Positions 42,222 to 43,847 of a stretch of DNA of 43,847 bases are shown one piece after another. The stretch is from an uncultured Candidatus Peribacteria bacterium (lineage in GTDB: Bacteria > Patescibacteriota > Gracilibacteria > Peribacterales > Peribacteraceae). The first letter of the stretch is position 1; each line of letters opens with the position of its first letter. The notes under the pieces are model-generated. The model saw only the letters and a list, made by a program, of their open reading frames with translations, was not told the DNA's origin and ran no database searches. Location of the stretch: NCBI GenBank assembly GCA_964439155.1, contig CAYTNJ010000002.1, forward strand, positions 1 to 43,847. The letters run 5' to 3'. Made by a program: the position numbers and the translations under genes.

Positions 42222-43099
42222 AGAACGTCTCGCCCGCATTGCTGGCCCTTATCTTTTCGCGCAAGTGCCGCGTTGCTGACCTTTACACCTTCACGCTGGC
42301 CGACGGCACGATATACCGCGCCACCACGGCCGATATCGATATCACCTTCGACGGGAACGTTTACAGCTGCGGCGGCCGCACCGGCGCGCTCTTTCAGCGC
42401 GAGGGCGAAGGCAGCGAAATCAACTGGCGCGTCGGCCTCGAGGTGGACACCCTGCAGTTCACTATCCTGCCGCGCGAAGGCACCATTGGCGGTGTAGATT
42501 TCCGCGTTGCCGCGCGCATCGGCATGTTCGACTTTGCCGACGTTCTTTTAACGCGCGCCTTCATGCCAGAGTTTGGCGACGTCTCCGAAGGCGTGGTCAC
42601 GCTGTTCAACGGGCTGGTGGGCGATATCGAGCCCGGCGGCCGCAGCCAGCTGGTCTTCACCGTCAACAGCTACACCGACCTGCTGAACGTGAACATGCCG
42701 CGCAATACCTATCAGCCCGCCTGCGTGAACACCCTCTATGACGAAGCCTGCACCGTTATCAAGGCGACGAAGGGTGTCAACAGCGCCGTTGAATCAGGAT
42801 CCACCATCACGGCCGTCAACGCGGTGCTGGCGGCGGCGACCGGATACTTTGACCGCGGATCTGTCACCTTCACCAGCGGTCAGAACAATGGCGTGGCGCG
42901 CTCCATCAAGGCATACACGCAGGGCTCGCCTTCCGCCTTCAGCTTGATTCCGCCGTTGCCGTTTACGCCGCAGGCCGCAGACACCTTCACGATTTATCCG
43001 GGCTGTGATAAAACCATGACGACGTGCCAGCAGAAGTTTGACAACCTCGAGAACTTCCGAGGCTTCCCCTTCATCCCCGTTCCGGAGACCGCAGTATGA
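42218..43099 (+). CDS. Tail hub protein (DUF2163 plus BR0599 C-terminal domain, RcGTA g13 analogue)
   Basis: GTG start in a GTGA overlap. The C-terminus FTIYPGCDKTMTTCQQKFDNLENFRGFPFIP is the BR0599 signature. Confidence 0.8.
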   Translation: MKNVSPALLALIFSRKCRVADLYTFTLADGTIYRATTADIDITFDGNVYSCGGRTGALFQREGEGSEINWRVGLEVDTLQFTILPREGTIGGVDFRVAARIGMFDFADVLLTRAFMPEFGDVSEGVVTLFNGLVGDIEPGGRSQLVFTVNSYTDLLNVNMPRNTYQPACVNTLYDEACTVIKATKGVNSAVESGSTITAVNAVLAAATGYFDRGSVTFTSGQNNGVARSIKAYTQGSPSAFSLIPPLPFTPQAADTFTIYPGCDKTMTTCQQKFDNLENFRGFPFIPVPETAV

Positions 43100-43623
43100 C
43101 CGAGCAGGAAGAACGTGAAGCGGTGGTCAGGGAGGCTCTGTCGTGGCAGCGCACCCCCTATCACCACAATGCGCGCGTCAAGGGCGGCGGGGTGGACTGC
43201 GCCATGCTGCTGGCCGAGGTTTACCCCAAGATCGTGCCGCACCGCGTCCCGCCCATCACCCCCGAGCATTATCCGCCCGACTGGCACCTGCACCGGTCTA
43301 AAGAGCGTTATTTGACATATGTTCAAAAATACGCCGTCGAGATCACCGAGGCCGAGGCCCAGCCCGGCGATATGGTCCTGTTCAAGTTCGGCCGCTGCTT
43401 TTCCCACGGCGCGATTATTGTAAAATGGCCCCGTATCATCCATGCCTATGTCAACCTCGGGTGCCAGCTGGACGATGCCAACGGAGCCCATTTCCTGCGG
43501 TATCAGGGGGAGGCCGATAATGCGCCCCGCCTGCGCAGGTTCTTTACGCTGTGGCCGTCCGCGCCTGCGGAGCCCCAAAACGCACAGGACCCCCCTAAAA
43601 CCCCCCTAGAAGGAGGGTTATAA
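43096..43623 (+). CDS. NlpC/P60 cell-wall peptidase (RcGTA g14 analogue)
   Basis: WQRTPYHHNARVKGGGVDCAMLLAEVY (catalytic Cys) and FSHGAIIV (His). Confidence 0.8.
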   Translation: MTEQEEREAVVREALSWQRTPYHHNARVKGGGVDCAMLLAEVYPKIVPHRVPPITPEHYPPDWHLHRSKERYLTYVQKYAVEITEAEAQPGDMVLFKFGRCFSHGAIIVKWPRIIHAYVNLGCQLDDANGAHFLRYQGEADNAPRLRRFFTLWPSAPAEPQNAQDPPKTPLEGGL

Positions 43624-43847
43624 TGTTCCTCCTCGGCGGTGGTGGCGGCAAACAGGCAAATCAGGCCCCAGCGGCCTCCGGTTTGCAGATCCAGACCTCG
43701 GCTTATGGCAAGGTTATCCCCATCGTCGTGGGGGCCATGCGCACCCCCCCCAACCTGCTCTGGTATGGGGACTTCTCGGCCACGGCCCACCGGAACCAGT
43801 CAGGCGGTAAAGGCGGCGTAGGGGGCGGCGGCGGGGGCAAGAACGGC
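43623..43847 (+). CDS. Host-specificity protein, N-terminal 75 codons (continues at window position 117 after circularisation)
   Basis: TAATG overlap with the peptidase stop. The sequence from 43732 on repeats window positions 1..116. Confidence 0.85.
   Translation, partial: MFLLGGGGGKQANQAPAASGLQIQTSAYGKVIPIVVGAMRTPPNLLWYGDFSATAHRNQSGGKGGVGGGGGGKNG
43732..43847. repeat. 116-nt terminal overlap with window positions 1..116 (5 mismatches)
   Basis: Base-by-base comparison gives mismatches at window positions 12, 25, 34, 71 and 95, corresponding to 43743, 43756, 43765, 43802 and 43826. There are no indels. Confidence 0.9.

Noticed and set aside
1-43847. Search for integrase, excisionase, CI-type repressor, attP, tRNA or tmRNA genes
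   Set aside because: No tyrosine or serine recombinase motifs are seen in any ORF. I could not fold any cloverleaf-like sequence from the three larger intergenic regions by eye. A formal tRNAscan or HMM search is still needed.

Overview
The window is essentially one complete tailed dsDNA phage genome of about 43.7 kb. Its two ends overlap by 116 nt, with 5 mismatches, so it is circular, circularly permuted or terminally redundant. GC content is high and genes are tightly packed, with many ATGA, TAATG and TTGA stop/start overlaps. The ORF track also contains many long antisense or alternate-frame ORFs that look like GC artefacts.

Late arm (plus strand, about 25.6 kb to the window end, wrapping to 7.1 kb):
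- two micro membrane ORFs
- a ParB-fused DNA methylase
- TerS and TerL
- three unknown genes
- portal and a MuF-like minor head protein
- an XkdF-like protease/scaffold
- a 507-aa major capsid protein followed by a terminator
- connector, gp10-like protein and tail terminator-like protein
- tail tube
- G/GT chaperone with a -1 frameshift
- tape measure protein
- a GTA-like distal tail module: a DUF2460-like protein, a DUF2163/BR0599 hub, an NlpC/P60 peptidase and a host-specificity protein of about 1351 aa that spans the window ends
- a glycine-rich fibre
- a lysis cassette: holin candidate, SAR-type lysozyme and an overlapped i/o-spanin pair

Early arm (minus strand, 25.1 kb down to 7.3 kb):
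- TOPRIM primase with a P-loop domain
- C5 methylase
- Cys-rich proteins
- a polytopic membrane protein
- SF2 helicase and VRR-NUC nuclease
- a plus-strand HTH and GapR-like cassette with its own terminator, which interrupts the arm
- about 25 small coupled genes, including a DUF1351-like coiled-coil protein, an unlisted 59-aa P-loop ORF, a YqaJ exonuclease, an HNH endonuclease, an ASCH protein and an N6-adenine methylase

The two arms diverge from a 440-bp AT-rich region that carries TGTTTAT iterons and a roughly 100-bp alternating purine-pyrimidine tract.

I found no integrase, lysogeny repressor, tRNA, CRISPR array or reverse transcriptase. The GTA-like tail module and the GapR-like gene suggest an alphaproteobacterial host; this is inference only. 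All family assignments come from motif recognition by eye, not from database searches.
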